In this document: one piece after another, positions 11,290 through 24,658 of the stretch | Layout: each line of letters starts with the position of its first letter | How positions within the stretch are numbered: position 1 is the stretch's first letter | Source of the DNA: Podarcis melisellensis | Taxonomy: Eukaryota | Reading direction: 5' to 3' (one strand) | DNA: 64,000 nucleotides | Assembly: GCA_964234715.1 (NCBI GenBank) | Contig: OZ174277.1 | Notes under the pieces: generated by a model | Seen by the model: only the letters and a program-made list of their open reading frames with translations | Database searches by the model: none | Told to the model about the DNA's origin: nothing | Translations under genes and position numbers: made by a program

Positions 11290-14200
11290 AAGAGTATTTG
11301 CAATCTTCATAGAATATACAGGGGCAAAACCAAATTTTAAAGTATAAGCATTTTTGAACATTTGTAGTTTCTGCTACATAACAGGTAAATATTATTAGTT
11401 GAACTTTCATTTCTGTTACTACCCTTCAAAATAAAAAGAAGCCTGCAGATCTCAATGCAGTCACAAATGTATGTGAGCAAAAGGAGCTCCACATTTGGTA
11501 TAGAACATATAGCTAACTAAGCTCAACACATTTTTGTTAACTATGCAAAATGTGTTTAAAAATAGTAGACGGGGAAAGAAAGGCTAAATAAAATATGATG
11601 GATATTGCAGAATAATAAAAATCTAGCCTGATTATTATTAGGCTGCTTTGCTTTTCTGTAAAATGATAATGCAGTGTTTTACTCAGCGGCCAACATGTGG
11701 GAGAACAAGCCAAAGGGGAAGGGGGGAGCTTTAAAAAAACTTCACAGATTGCCCACTACAAAATGATTATTGCACATATTCATGTATTACTATGTTTTAG
11801 AAAATAATTAGTTTTAATTACAGCAGTGAGAGAGCAAGCAAGACTCTGGCGAATAAGCTGGCAAGCTTCATGGTGCTAATTTGCTAATATCTTTAGCATC
11901 ACATCACTGCAGGTTGGGAGAACGGCTCTGCCAAAAAACCTACCCAGCCATGTGCCACACGCGTTTACAGCTAACTATATACTCAATACTCATCTCTGAA
12001 CTGCCATAGGCTTATTTGTAGGTTGCTGTGGTGCGTTTGTAGGCCAAACAAGGCATTTGAAATATTGTAATGCGGAAATTACTACAGTACTTGGCTTAAA
12101 AAAAGTAGTTTCAGTCTTGCATATTTAAAAATGGGAACAAGATGTCTATTTCCAAACAATGCAATAACTGAGAAACAGCCAGTGTTTTTTATGAATGGAA
12201 GTAAAATGATAACGAAGCAACCAAAGAGTGACTAAATGCACAAGGCCATCCAAGTTGCATTTCTCACCTCACCCATTTGCTCTGGAGACAGCTGTGGGAC
12301 TTAGGGCAGAAGCAAAAGACCACTCTCCTTGTGGCCAGCATTTTTCCTACTTGAATTTAACTGCAATAGTGAGAAGTATGAATTTGGTTGCCAATTCACT
12401 AGCTGCAAGTTTGTGTGATGCCATTGCAAGCTTTCTGAATGATGCTGGAGTGGTTATGTTGTGCAGAACAGCAGTTTGTGCTAGCAGTGAAATCTTCAGG
12501 TGGCCTGTTCAGCTGCCTGCAGAAAGATTTTGCAAGGGTGATAAAATCTGAAAATTGTAAATAAAATTTTGAGTGATTGATTATGATCCAGAGAAACAGG
12601 CAGGGCTATAGAGCATTTGACATGTACTTCTTTTGAGCTGCCCCAATCAAGCAACAGGGTGTATAAGAAGCCTTCCATGTGCGTTACTGGTGCTGATTCA
12701 GATGCAAATCCAGTTGCACATCAACATCTGCATTGCACTGCACAGGACTAATTGCTCACAACAACAGCTGTATCTAAGTTACCATGTCATCTTGAGAAAG
12801 AAGTACTACTATAGTCTTTTGTGTAGGATCCATATAGTACTGTATTTCTTTATCCTTTGTTGAAATGCTTTGTAAAGACTAACAAGAATGCTTCCAAGGG
12901 ATTTGCGGCTGGTATCCCTTTGCTTTCTAGTCCAATGACAAACTGAGGGTATTATTTTGACCCCTTTTCAAACAGTGAAAGAACACTATTGTCACAATTC
13001 CAGCAAATTAAGGCACGTGCGTGCGCACACACGCTCTCTTCTCCAGTGACCCTAATGATCCTGCCCACAAACTACAAATATATAAAACATTTAAAAGAAG
13101 AAGATAACAGCGAAATCTGTGATTGAAAAAGAGTTGCAATGTAGAGTGAATAGGTTCCAAGAACTAGCCCCAGGCTTTATTATAAGAAGTTGAAAGTCAG
13201 AATAATTTAAAAAAGAAAATATGGGTCAAGGTCCTGTTCTAGCTATATACCACACCAAACTTAGCTCACATGTGAGTTAAACTGCAGTCAAGTATCATAA
13301 GACTGTCCTACAGTCAGGGATCTGTATTCCTGGGCTAGATACCATGCTTGTCCTATAGGAGAGGCAATGGTGATCAGTCTGTGGGAAAACAGCCCACAGC
13401 AAATCATTAGGCTGAATTTTGGAAGGAAGAGCCCAGGTCGGGACTTAACAATTCTGGGTCCAATCCACCAGAACCAGTAAAAATATTTGATTACATTTAC
13501 TTCCCCTTTTTCCTCCAGATGCTGCTGCCTAATGCAGTCAGACTACCAGCCTAGCACTGTCCAGTCTGACTGAGGAAGGAGCCCCTTTCAGTCCTCCTAA
13601 ACAAGACCGTTCCATCTGGAGATTGAAGGTACAACTGTCTGTGTGGAAACCATGGGTGCACTACCACGCAATGAGTTTAAAGTCGCAACAACCTGGTGAG
13701 GTAGGTTTGGCTGAGAGATTTGCCCAAGACTGAATGCTAGACTTCGTATAAACCTATGTTCCAAGCAGCCCTGTACTTTAGCTGCCACTGACCCAATGTA
13801 GTCTTAAGCCTTTGTAAGAAAACGTTCGGACGGTTTGTGGCCTTCGATTTTAACTGTGATGCTGTAGCTGTACCAAGGTGTTTTGGGTTGTATCAAGTGA
13901 AATGTGGAAAATCACTCCCTATCTGCTAGAAAAAGTAAAGGGTGGTTATGGCTTTGAGGCAGGAAAGAAAGAGAGGTGAGAGCTCATTGCTTTGTTTAAA
14001 AAGGGGGGGTTGGTGGGTGGAACAGCTCATGTCATTTGGTCTTGCGGACTAAAACATACAGAAAAAGCAAGGTTGCTGTGAGGAGAATAAATGTGTATCT
14101 GCAGCAGAATCTAACAACGTTACACGCACACCTGCCCTTTATTTTAAAAGGGACAACCTGACCCAAAACTTTGCAGGAGCTCCAGTTCAGGCACATATTG

Positions 14201-16176
14201 AATGGAGCTGTATGGGACAGTTTTGTGCATATATCATTTCAGCTCCTGAGATCTGGTCCTTGCACAAAGGCTCCCTTGAAGCCCAGTGATATGAGCTTGG
14301 CAGCAGAGCTCTGTATCAGAGTATATGCCCAGAAATATCCCACCCTCCAAACATTTCTGCAATGTAAGGCCATCTAAAAAAAGGGATTCTTAAGTCTGAA
14401 TCAGTAGGAGACAAAACTGCATGACTGCCCAGAACAACCAGCTTTTCACAGCACAGGATCTCTGTGCAGTCACTAGTTTCCCCCTGTGTCTGGAGCAGCT
14501 TCATTTGCTCAAATGTGACTCTGTGCATGGATTGCCTACCACCGTAAAAGACTGAGGATTTCTGCACTATATACCCAAGTGTCCACTGGTTTGAGGCAAA
14601 TGGCTGCAGAAACTGCAAATGTGCTTTGGTTGAGACACAACTGGATTGAGCGGCAAGAAAACCATAAGCGCAAAAAATAAAAATAATAATTTTAAAGAAA
14701 AAGTAGATGGAGTAACACTTTTTGTGCCTGCAATAAAAATTGATCATAAAAACCTACCTGCATTACAGGTATATTCACACGCACTTCGTAATATTACATA
14801 CTGCACTACCATCACTAAAATTCAAAAATGAAATTAATGTCCACCATTGTTAACAAAAAAGGGGGAGCCTTTTGTTCATCTGTCTTTTTGAAGAAATTCC
14901 TTCACTGCTTTCTCCTAAACCCCCTCCCCTGGCATTATAACTGAAGAAACAGTTGTCATATTCATAGTCACACTGATTCTATTTAAATAATTATTTGCTC
15001 ACTGAAGCCTATTACACAAGGGAGGTTTTCTTTCAGAGCATTGGGGCTCTACACTAGTTAAAGAGACGCTTTCTGTATCTGCCATGTTTTCTTAACGGAA
15101 CAGGGAGATGGCTGAAATGACAGTCATCTAAATCAGTGTCTGTAGCACTGTTTAAATTCCTCTGGCAGAGTTGCAACTATTATCTTTTGATTTTTCTGTT
15201 TCCTGCACCAGAGCTACAATTTGGGGCAATAGGGACCTCTCTGAAAATGCTGGTCATCTTTCCTGTGCCCATTCATAGTACATATGGGCATGGGTGGTTA
15301 TAGGACAAATGCCGGTTTCAGGTTTGGCCATGATCCTTAGGACTATGTTTCTACATGTAGCTGAATCTTTCTATAATGTGCAGCGTATGCTAATAGTGAT
15401 TAAGACCATTAGCCAAAAAGAGGGGGGGAGAGAGATATACTGGACTAGAACTGGTCTGACTCAGGTTGTGCACACATTGCTGGCTTAAAACGGATCAAAA
15501 TTGTTCTTTTTTGCTGTGTTTGCACATTACTGTTGCCTGCTCAATGTTCACACCACTGGGTTGAGACAGGGCAGGTATGTCTTTACCTGATGAGCAATTC
15601 TCAATTTGTATTGAAGCTGTTGGGGTGTGCGTGCTCATCAAAATGCAGTATTTGGTGACTTTGGGCCATTCACTATCTCTCAGCCTAGTTACCTCCCAGG
15701 ATTGCTGTGTGAATAAAAGGGAGGAAAGGGAGGGGAGAGAACCTTGTACACCATCCTGAGCTCCTTAATGAATGAATAAGCTTGGGAACAGGGAGATAGG
15801 GATAACAATTTTCTCAGCTCTTGATGGAAAGAGACTTGATTATATACATGAATGATGGAAAAACTAATATTTAAGTTAGTTTCTGGAGATGAAACCAAAC
15901 ATACAGAATTCATAGAGTCACCACTTAAAAGTACAGCCAAGCACCACCATGGCTGAATCCTGGAAACTGTTTTCATTGCTAATTTCAATCGTAGTACATA
16001 AGTAATAATAAATAGAGTAATTTAATTAGGGATAGAGTGGCCTTCCTTCTTCACTGAATAATTTCACTCAAGATCTGGGGGACCGAGGCTTCCAGGCAGC
16101 AGGTCATGCTATTTAGGGAAGCTTGAGCTTAACATCTCCCTCTCCTCCCACTTTCTAAAATTCAGCACTGAATAAA

Positions 16177-16290
16177 AGAGGTGGGCAACTTGTGGCTCTC
16201 CCTATGCTGCTGGACTCCCATCAGCCTTAGTTATCATGGCCAATGGGCAGGAATGAGGTGAACTGTAGCCCAGCAAGAACTGGATGCCCA
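16177..16290. mobile_element. Old URR1-like hAT MITE
   Basis: GGTGGGCAACTTGTGGCTCTCC...ACTCCCATCAGCC...CTGTAGCCCAGCAA...CACAGGTCCCCTACTCTCTG. Confidence 0.6.
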
Positions 16291-19200
16291 CAGGTCCCCT
16301 ACTCTCTGATATAAAAGTTTATCATATAAGTTGCCTGCACCCACATGCCAAGGCAGTTATCTAGTGCCTTCAGACACATAGCTGAAGCCAGCATTAGCAT
16401 CCTTATATATGCTTGGAAATATGGGAAGTGAAGGGATGGTAATGCTGGGCTTCACCAAACGATCAAAGCCAGCAGGCAGCTGCCATATAGGACATTCTTA
16501 AATGGCTGTCATGAGGCTCCTGCTTGTCTGAATCTGCCCTTGTTTCTCCATCATGGATTTGCTAAGGAAAAATAGCTCACCAGTAAAATATTTTCAAACT
16601 ATGTGCACCAGTACCAGTCCTTATAATGATGCTTGTATACTTCCTTGGAGCACAAAAAACTGTAATGTTTTGTGATGCTGTGCTTTCACAGCTGATGAAA
16701 TATCTTTCTCTCAACACCTCCTGATCAGTGGAGTATGTTAAGCCGTTTTGTGGCTGTAATTTGTGTCTTAAGCTAGCTGTACTGTGTAGAACAATTTGCG
16801 GAGTACACATCATAGGCCCCTACACATCACATTATTTATAAATCTACTTACATTTACTTAACTTCTGGTTAAATGTAAAACATATGCCAGAAATTAGACT
16901 TCTGAAGCTTAGTTTATATGAACAGATTCAATTAATTCTATCCCATTAAATATTTGGTACCCCAAGATTGCTTGTCCCATCTCCACAACTAAAATGATGG
17001 AAGCCTTTTCTGTAAATGATATCAAGGGTACAGAATTGCCAGCTGCTAAATCAAAGTTTACACTTCAGGGACACTTTTGAGCAAAGTGATCTTTCTCAAT
17101 TGGCCAGAGTCAATTCAACAACCTGATATCTGATCAAAATGTGCTCATGGTTTGGAAAAAATGTTTAATTGATCTGCCTAAGTTCAATCTGAGCCTTGAC
17201 CCTGGTAAGATTTCAAATGCCCTCAGTGATTCTGGATGAGTGCTATTGCAACATACATTTTTGCTTACTTCAGTAATTTTTTAGGAAGGAGATAAACAAA
17301 GACATCTACTATATGCCTGTGTCATCTTTGAACATGCATGTAATAGATTTCATCAGCAGTTACTATAAAATCATGAAATAAGTTAGATCTACAAGGGGGG
17401 GGGAGAATTTCTTGTGGTAAACAAAAATAGAGAAGTTACAAGCTCGGACTTCTGGAAAGCAACATAAAATTATTTTATTTTCTTGTTGTAGACTGAGGGT
17501 TGGAAACTGGCTGTGGAGTTTTATATAAAATAGAATGAATTATTGTAACATAGTACATTTTTCTGGGTTGTTTGGATGATCTTGATTATGATTGCTGGTT
17601 AAAGCCATTGTTTGTCTGTTCTTTTTTAGGGTCAATGGCTGAAACAAATAAACCACAACAAGCACTCCTACCAGTGCATGTACTATATTTTTACAGGACA
17701 CACCATGGATTAATAAATATGGAAGTGAAAACCTCAAAAATGCATAAACCAAAAATAAAAAAGAAATAAAGAAAGCTCTGATACATGGTTCAATTATTTT
17801 AAAAATTCAATATTTTGGAATGCAGAACACAATAAAAACGCTATGACTACTCCATACAAAAGACTGCTAGGATAAATGCTTTTGCTCTGAACAGATTTCC
17901 ACCGTATGAAATAACGAATGGCTGAATTATCTGAACAAAAAAACCCCTCTGTGAATCTTCCTTTAAACTGGTTATTCCTTTGCAATACATAAATCTTCTT
18001 AGGCAGGGCACTCTGCCATCTGTTTGTTGTTGGTTATTTTTCCAGCTCTGGGGGCCAGAGTAAAAGGGGCAAAAAATTACTGCTGCTAAACAGCAAGCCA
18101 GGATTTATAGTGCAGTTTCAATGCTCAAAAGTAATTTTATTTCATCCAGGCAGACAAAACACATTACTACATAACCCAAACACAGTATTACCTGGGACAG
18201 CTCTGGTCGGGGGAGGGGGGGAGCAAGCTATTATCTAATGGCCTGTTCAATAGATTTTTTCCTTTTCAACTGAAGTAAAAGTGTGCTGCATGGGCAAACA
18301 AACAACCTCCTGCCTAACACTAAGGGAAGCAATTTTATTTTATATTAAAAAAAAATCTCCCTGATTAACAATCTGTATTCTTACCCTTGCTGAAGACACA
18401 GCACAAAACCATTATAAATAAGACATGTGGGAATACCTCTGCTAAACTGTTGTCTAGAGAGTAGAAAAACAGGTATAATGAGACTCTAGGACAACAATGT
18501 GCATTTTCAGCTGTCAGAAAAAGAATTAAACGGGACCAATGTTTGGCAATCAAAAACTTTAAAATGTTTAAGAGAGCTGGGTGGCTGGTTGCGTTGTGGA
18601 GCAGAATCATAGAAGCTGTACATGTTTTCAATACGTGTATGTGGGGTGGGGGAAACCCTCTGAGTTTTATTACGAGGCAGTTAATTCCACAGTTGACATA
18701 AACATGCTGCTTAAGCAACAGGCAAATCATCTGAAAGATAGAATGGGGGTGGGAAGGTAGGGGGGAGAGATAATAATATCTACCAGCATGTAACACCTTC
18801 ATAAAAGTTTGGAGGAATCACTATAAACAGTAAAGACAGAATCAGCTGGTTCTCACATTATTCTTTTAATGAGGAAATGATTGTATTCAAGTGCTCCCCT
18901 GTCTGTTTTGAAACTTAGGAGAAGACTATAGGCTTCTTTCCTCCAGCAGCCAAGTAGAGGCAGCAGTAGCAACAGCAGCAGCAGGAAAGGATTGCCCACC
19001 AGCCTTACTTTGGGCTCCTGGAGAGGAGAGAGGAACCAAAACTGTTGCAAGATGCAGGAGCAGCAACCAATTTGTTTTGTTTTAAAAGGTAACTGAACTC
19101 TATTTTCGCTGGCAGTGGTGTCTTGAGCAGATAAGCACAAGAAGCCATTGCTAGATTTGCCTTAAAAAGAAAAAGAAATCTAAAGGTGCTGCTGCAGAAA

Positions 19201-20278
19201 GCAGGTTAGTAACAGTGGTTCCTCTCGCCAATAATCATGAAATAATGTTAAGAAGTCATCTGCAACCCAGCAATTAAATCCAATCACTCTCTCTGTCTTG
19301 CATACACCGCATTATACTTCCTGGATTATTCCCAGCAACCATGTAAAAAAACAATAGTTTTAGCACAGGAGTAACCTTTTTTGCCATCCATCACAGCAAT
19401 ACATGGTTGGATAGCCTTGTCCTCTATGGTTGTATCGTACTAAGTCACACCCTGAGTAGTCCCACTGGACTCAATGGTCTTGTTAGTAATGACTAACTAA
19501 AGTCCATTGATTTCAGTGGGCTTATTTGGAGTATGACTTAACTGTAATTAAAGGAAATCTAGTTACTATGCAATTGCACACTGCAACATACTAATGAATG
19601 TAATAGTTGGGGATGGGAATGAGAAAAGAAATAATGTACTGCTAGGGAGAATGGTTTGAGTCCACCTCAAATGAGCACTTGAACAATCCCATCAACAAAC
19701 AGATCCCTGGCATGGTATTCCTGCAAAGAAATATAAATGGAAAAAACCCCTTTGTTAATTTTATTTGTTAAGTCCATTTTTTTTGTCTATTTCTGTGAGT
19801 GAACATAATTACTGGGACTTCCAGAGAGTTACACTTTATTCTAAACACAGTGAGTGACTTTTGGTACCTTGTTGGTCAGGTTCCTAACCTAAGATGATGT
19901 CAGTTATGTTGCTTAATTACAGCTGCACCAGCCTCATTAAACTTACTACATTTTAAACAAAACAGTCTTCTTTCAGTTTTCTTTCTGTCAGTTTTCAAAC
20001 ATGCCGTGTTCACATTTTCAAGGAAAAATAAAAGACGACCTAAGGGTGTAACATATGCAGGATTTGATACAATAACGGGAAACTCCTGTTTTAAGGAACA
20101 CAGAACCAGCTGCACAGGAGAAACCCTTTGCACCATCCAATACAATCTAATGTACTCAGAGGTAAGTCCCACCGGGTTCAGTAGGGCTTACTCCCAGGTA
20201 AGTGGATATGGAATAGCAGCTTTAAGGATGTCTACCTTGGAAAAAAACAGCCATTCCTGAAAAGTTACCAACCATTAC

Positions 20279-20424
20279 CTGTGGAACTGTTCACCATGTT
20301 AGGTGCCATGCTGTAAGGAGCAGCTTGAGGGTTCATCAGGCTTGAGTTGTTGTTCATTGGCTGGGTGTAGGGAGAGCTGGATCCCATAATGCCGCTCTGA
20401 TTGATGCCAGGAAAACTGCCTTGC
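20279..20424 (-). CDS. ARID1B: ARID1B coding exon, 146 nt, phase 2-1 ([R][48 protein letters not shown])
   Basis: Acceptor CTCTTCACTCAG|GCAAGG and donor CAG|GTAATG. ARID1B-type RQGSFPG motif. Confidence 0.97.
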
Positions 20425-21289
20425 CTGAGTGAAGAGAAAGCACACACACGTGCACAAGCTCTTATTATGTTTCTTACTGCACAGGACACTTTGGTTAGTC
20501 ACAGAATTCATACTTTAGCATTCACAAACACCTAAGGAAGAGGCAGCCAGTTAGTCTTTGCCTGCATGAGGAGGGGACCGATTTGTTGGGAGCTTATTAC
20601 TGAATTAGTAATTAACATTTTGGGGCTCGTTCTACAATCCAAGCTACAATCAAGTACCATGCAGATCTTTAAATGGAAAATACATGTTAATTTAAAATGG
20701 ACACAGCCTAATATTATATGAGGTTCAAGTTGTTGTGTGGCTGACATGTAGAAAGTGATGGAAGCACAGAAAAGAGAGAGAGAAGTGCTTGCCATTGGTA
20801 TATGTAGAAGAAGACGAAGAAGCCAGGGCTAGATAGCTCTTAAAAAGAAAAGTTCTTTTGATTCCACTTTGCCTACCATACTACAAAAGCAAGCCATGAA
20901 GACAATGAAACAAAACTAAAAAAGCAACAGAAAGAGATGCAGTTACACAAATTGAGTGGAGCTATAACACATTAATCTAAAATTGTTTTAATGGAGTCTT
21001 TGATGAAATCACAGAAATACCGCTCCTTGCTCTTCTACCCAATGCTTGCATGGTATACATCTGCCAATAACCCCACCCCAACCCAAGCAGGATAGGGAGA
21101 AGAAGAACAGACAATCTGCCCAGATGCTGTGCCACCTGCCTATCTTCTACTTGGATCATGTGGAGATAGAAGGGCCCTCTGAGGGGACAGGGTTGAGCTG
21201 GGTTGGGGATATATGGTTTAGTCAATTAAGGGCTGCTCCATTTTTTGGTCCTTCCTTCAGCTGGAGGTGTGTTGGTTGTCCTATCAGCC

Positions 21290-23190
21290 AGATGTCAGGT
21301 CTTCAGATGCTGTTTTGAAATGCAAGGTCAGTTTATAATAAGATCTCCCTCATTCACTACTGGCTGACCTGGCCTGTATAACCAGGACCTGAATGGGGGC
21401 AAGTAGAGAGTTAGCCGTGCCCACCTGGCTAGTTGGTTTAGCAACAGGTAAGATTTAGAAGGGGAAAGAAGAGAAGAAGAAGAGTTTGGATTTGATATCC
21501 CGCTTTATCACTACCCGAAGGAGTCTCAAAGCGGCTCACAATCTCCTTTCCCTTCCTCCCCCACAACAAACACTCTGTGAGGTGAGTGGGGCTGAGAGAC
21601 TTCAAAGAAGTGTGACTGGCCCAAGGTCACCCAGCAGCTGCATGTGGAGGAGCGGAGACGCGAACCTGGTTCACCAGATTACGAGTCTTAACCGCTACAC
21701 CACACTGGCTCTCTTTGTCCTGGTTTCCTATGCAACTAACTGCAAATCTAGAATGTTTGAATCTTGTGCTGGGTGAATGGAACAGATTAGGGATTCTGTG
21801 AGCCTACCACATATCCCAATGCCTAGCAGCCTTCCTGTGTGAGCTGACAGAGCTGGTACTGAATGTGCAGGTGAGGCCTTCCAGGCTGTTGGTCCTGGAG
21901 GTAATAAATGTTCACACCAAGGCCATGAGATCTAGGGTGGGTCAAAACTTTATTACCATCATGGGCTGCCGCAAAATGTGATTAGACCAAAAGTTAAGAG
22001 GGTGTACTGAGAGTGGGGAATCTTACATCTGTTTCTTTGTCATGCTCAGACCTGCTGAGGATGACAGTGAATTTTCCCCTCTGCAAGAATGAAAACAATG
22101 AGGGTGTTCCAGCCCTGGTGTTTGATGAATCCTTATGGATTCCAGAGGTCTTTGGGGGATTTCCCGGCTGATATGAATAATGCTCCTATGGAATGAAGAG
22201 ATGACCCGAATGGTTGACATGATCCCTCCCAAATGTCCTCCCTCACTTAGAAAAGCTTGGGTAGCTTCATGGTATACCCTGGAGTTGAGGGTGATGAAGA
22301 AAGCTGAAAGATTACTTGAACACAAGCTGACACATGAAACTGATCACTAGTATGTGCTCATTCTCAATGGTACTCTGTGGCAGCAAAGATGAATACATGT
22401 TTTCTCACTGCCTCCATTACATACTTTCACTTCTGTTTAGCAAAGCTTCTCTGGGTGGTCTATAGCATTCTAGCCCTAATAAGATTTTGGAATCAGCAAT
22501 TGCCTCCTGCATTTTGTTTGCAAAACATGATAAATTTGCTTGCATCCACTATGATCTGGACTCCAGAGTTTTGGTAGGTCGACTTGAGGTGTCCAATGTG
22601 CTATCTGGTCCAGTATTGTTGGATTAGTTCCAATTGATGCAGCTTAAGGATGTGAACAAGATGTTTGAGCAGATCTGTGAAGCCACTTGCATGTTTGATC
22701 CTTGCCTTTCCTAGCTTATGAAATCTTGTATGGGCAGGATAACTGATTGGGCCAAGGTGATTAATGCCTTATTATGAGAAGAGATGGTCCCAGGCTGCCT
22801 AAAAAAGGTTGTGGTGCAGACACTTCTGAAAAATCCTTATTTGCACCTGGAAAATCTAAATAATCATAAACCAACCGCAAAAGCCCCCTTCCTGGGCAAG
22901 AGCTCCATGTCCAGGCTCTTTTGGGTTAGGATGATTCTCTGGTCCATTTCAGTTGAGGTTTAGGCCTGGATTTGGCACTGAGACTGCCTTGGATCACCCT
23001 GTATGATCACCTTTGTTAGGAGAGAGACAGTGGGTGGGTGATGTTGTTTATTTCCCTTTTCAGTATCCTCAAGCATTGAATCCTTTTTAAATTGGGGAAA
23101 CTTTGCAGTGGTTCTGCTCCTATCTGGATAGCCAAATTCAGAAGATTATGCAGGAGATTAATAGTTTACAATGTGGTTCCACAGGATTCC
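21290..23190 (+). mobile_element. Decayed L2-clade LINE ORF2 (endonuclease to RT), interrupted by the SINE at 21466-21713
   Basis: Degenerate motifs in the expected order: NARSVYNKISLIH, ADLACIT, RLLVL, WYTLELRVMK, CMFDPC, PFLGK, FRPGFGTETAL. Many stops and frameshifts. Confidence 0.8.
21466..21713 (-). mobile_element. tRNA-derived SINE of Squam3 type with a (CTT)n tail, young and near full length
   Basis: Minus strand starts GAGAGCCAGTGTGGTGTAGCGGTTAAG (A box TGGTGTAGCGG), has a B-box-like GGTTCGCGTCTCC and a CORE-like GGGTGACCTTGGGCCAGTCAC, and ends ...ATATCAAATCCAAAC(TCT)n. CpGs are retained. Confidence 0.88.
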
Positions 23191-24017
23191 CATATATCCC
23201 TCTGGGGTATAGGACTGCATGTATGATTGAGAAAATATGCAATTTTTCTTTCTACTCTGTAAATGCAGTCAACATGTGCAACATGAATCCCACCGCCCCC
23301 CAAATACTTGTACCAATGTGAACATTGCAATTGAACATTCAGAGATAAACAGGAAACTATGTTTTTATTGTTTTTAATGTTGGAGTAGGTAAAAATGTGT
23401 TCTAGTTAACACTAGGTTAAATTTGTTCTTGATACCCTGGGAACCTCCCAAGATGTAAAGAGCATGTGGCATAAGCAAAGAGAATTCTTTCCAAGTCAGT
23501 TTTGTTCATTGCTCTGTGGAAGGCAAACTTTCCTCATTTTCTGTAAAGAGGCAAAGGATTTCTTTTGATATGAAGGAGACAACTGACATACAATGCCATT
23601 CCCCTGACGAAGCTTGCGATGACTTGTAGGGAAAAATATTAAAAATGCACAGTTGTGCAATTCTCCAAAGGATAATGAGAAAGGGAGGGAAAAAAGAAAA
23701 GGACCATTTGGCATAACTTTGAAAGACTGTCGTGAAATCAAGCTTTTCTTATGTAAATATTGTATCTTTTAAATTGTCCTAAAAACACAGGCAAAACTGT
23801 TATGCAGCATGAGTCTAGGTTGACACAATCTCCTTGCCCTGTAACAAGAGGCCTGTTCTGCATTAACAAATGCTATATAGTTATATACTTGAAATAAATT
23901 GTGTGGTTAAGGCAAACCTTACATACAAAAACACAAACAGAAAACACATTACAGTATCTGAAAATGCTAGTTATCAAAAGGTGAGTGATCCTCATGTAAA
24001 CTCAGATCTGGTTAACT

Positions 24018-24153
24018 CAGGCTTCCTCAACCTCGGCCCTCCAGATGTTTTGAGACTACAATTCCCATCATCCCTGACCACTGGTCCTGTTAGCTAGGAA
24101 TCATGGGAGTTGTAAGCCAAAAACATCTGGAGGGCTGAGGTTGAGGAAGCCTG
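24018..24153. mobile_element. hAT MITE (URR1/Charlie-like), 136 bp, nearly palindromic
   Basis: TIRs CAGGCTTCCTCAACCTCGGCCCTCCAGATGTTTT / AAAACATCTGGAGGGCTGAGGTTGAGGAAGCCTG; 8-bp flanks GGTTAACT and AGTTAAGT (6/8). Confidence 0.88.
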
Positions 24154-24442
24154 AGTTAAGTAGCTCTTTGGAAATAACACTATAGTTTGCAATCATGGTT
24201 TGTAAGCAGGAGCAACACACAATTTGACTGTTTGGATAAAATGACAAGCTATGATTTGCTGAAAACCAGGTTGGGAAGCTACCAATAGCAGCATGTGACA
24301 TTATTGTTACATTTGTACAGCCCTTATGCAAATAGCTTTTCGGGTATATAAAGCTTTGCATGGATTAATATGAACTTCTTAGAAGGCTCCACGATAGCAG
24401 AAAAGCCTTTTAAAGAGAAATAAACAGGCATTATCTTATTCC

Positions 24443-24658
24443 CAGAGCTGGCCTGGCTGTTAGGCAGGGTGAGGCCACTGCCTCAGGTGGCAGAAGTCCC
24501 CCAAGTTTCATGCCTGCAAGTATACTGCTTGCCCCATCGTCTTGGCACTGCTTCTTCACCAGCAGTAGATGTGGTAGTGTGTGCAGAAGAAGCAGCAGCG
24601 GGGCAAGGCGGTACTTCCTGTTTCACCTTGAGAGGTGAAATGGGATGTGCTGCCCCTG
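24443..24658. mobile_element. hAT MITE (Tip100-like), 216 bp
   Basis: Ends CAGAGCTGGC / GCTGCCCCTG; TSD CTTATTCC / CTTACTCC (7/8); GC-rich interior. Confidence 0.7.

Noticed and set aside
11057-11347. ORF with an ERERER repeat
   Set aside because: Translation of the (GA)n microsatellite.
18186-18400. Two tiny AG...GT pairs on the minus strand (11 nt near 18192-18202; 5 nt near 18385-18389)
   Set aside because: Not frame-preserving and without supporting motifs. They show that exon-like patterns arise by chance here, which tempers the microexon candidates.
21650-21713. tRNA gene
   Set aside because: The A/B boxes belong to a SINE head that continues into CORE and tail sequence; no complete cloverleaf is seen.
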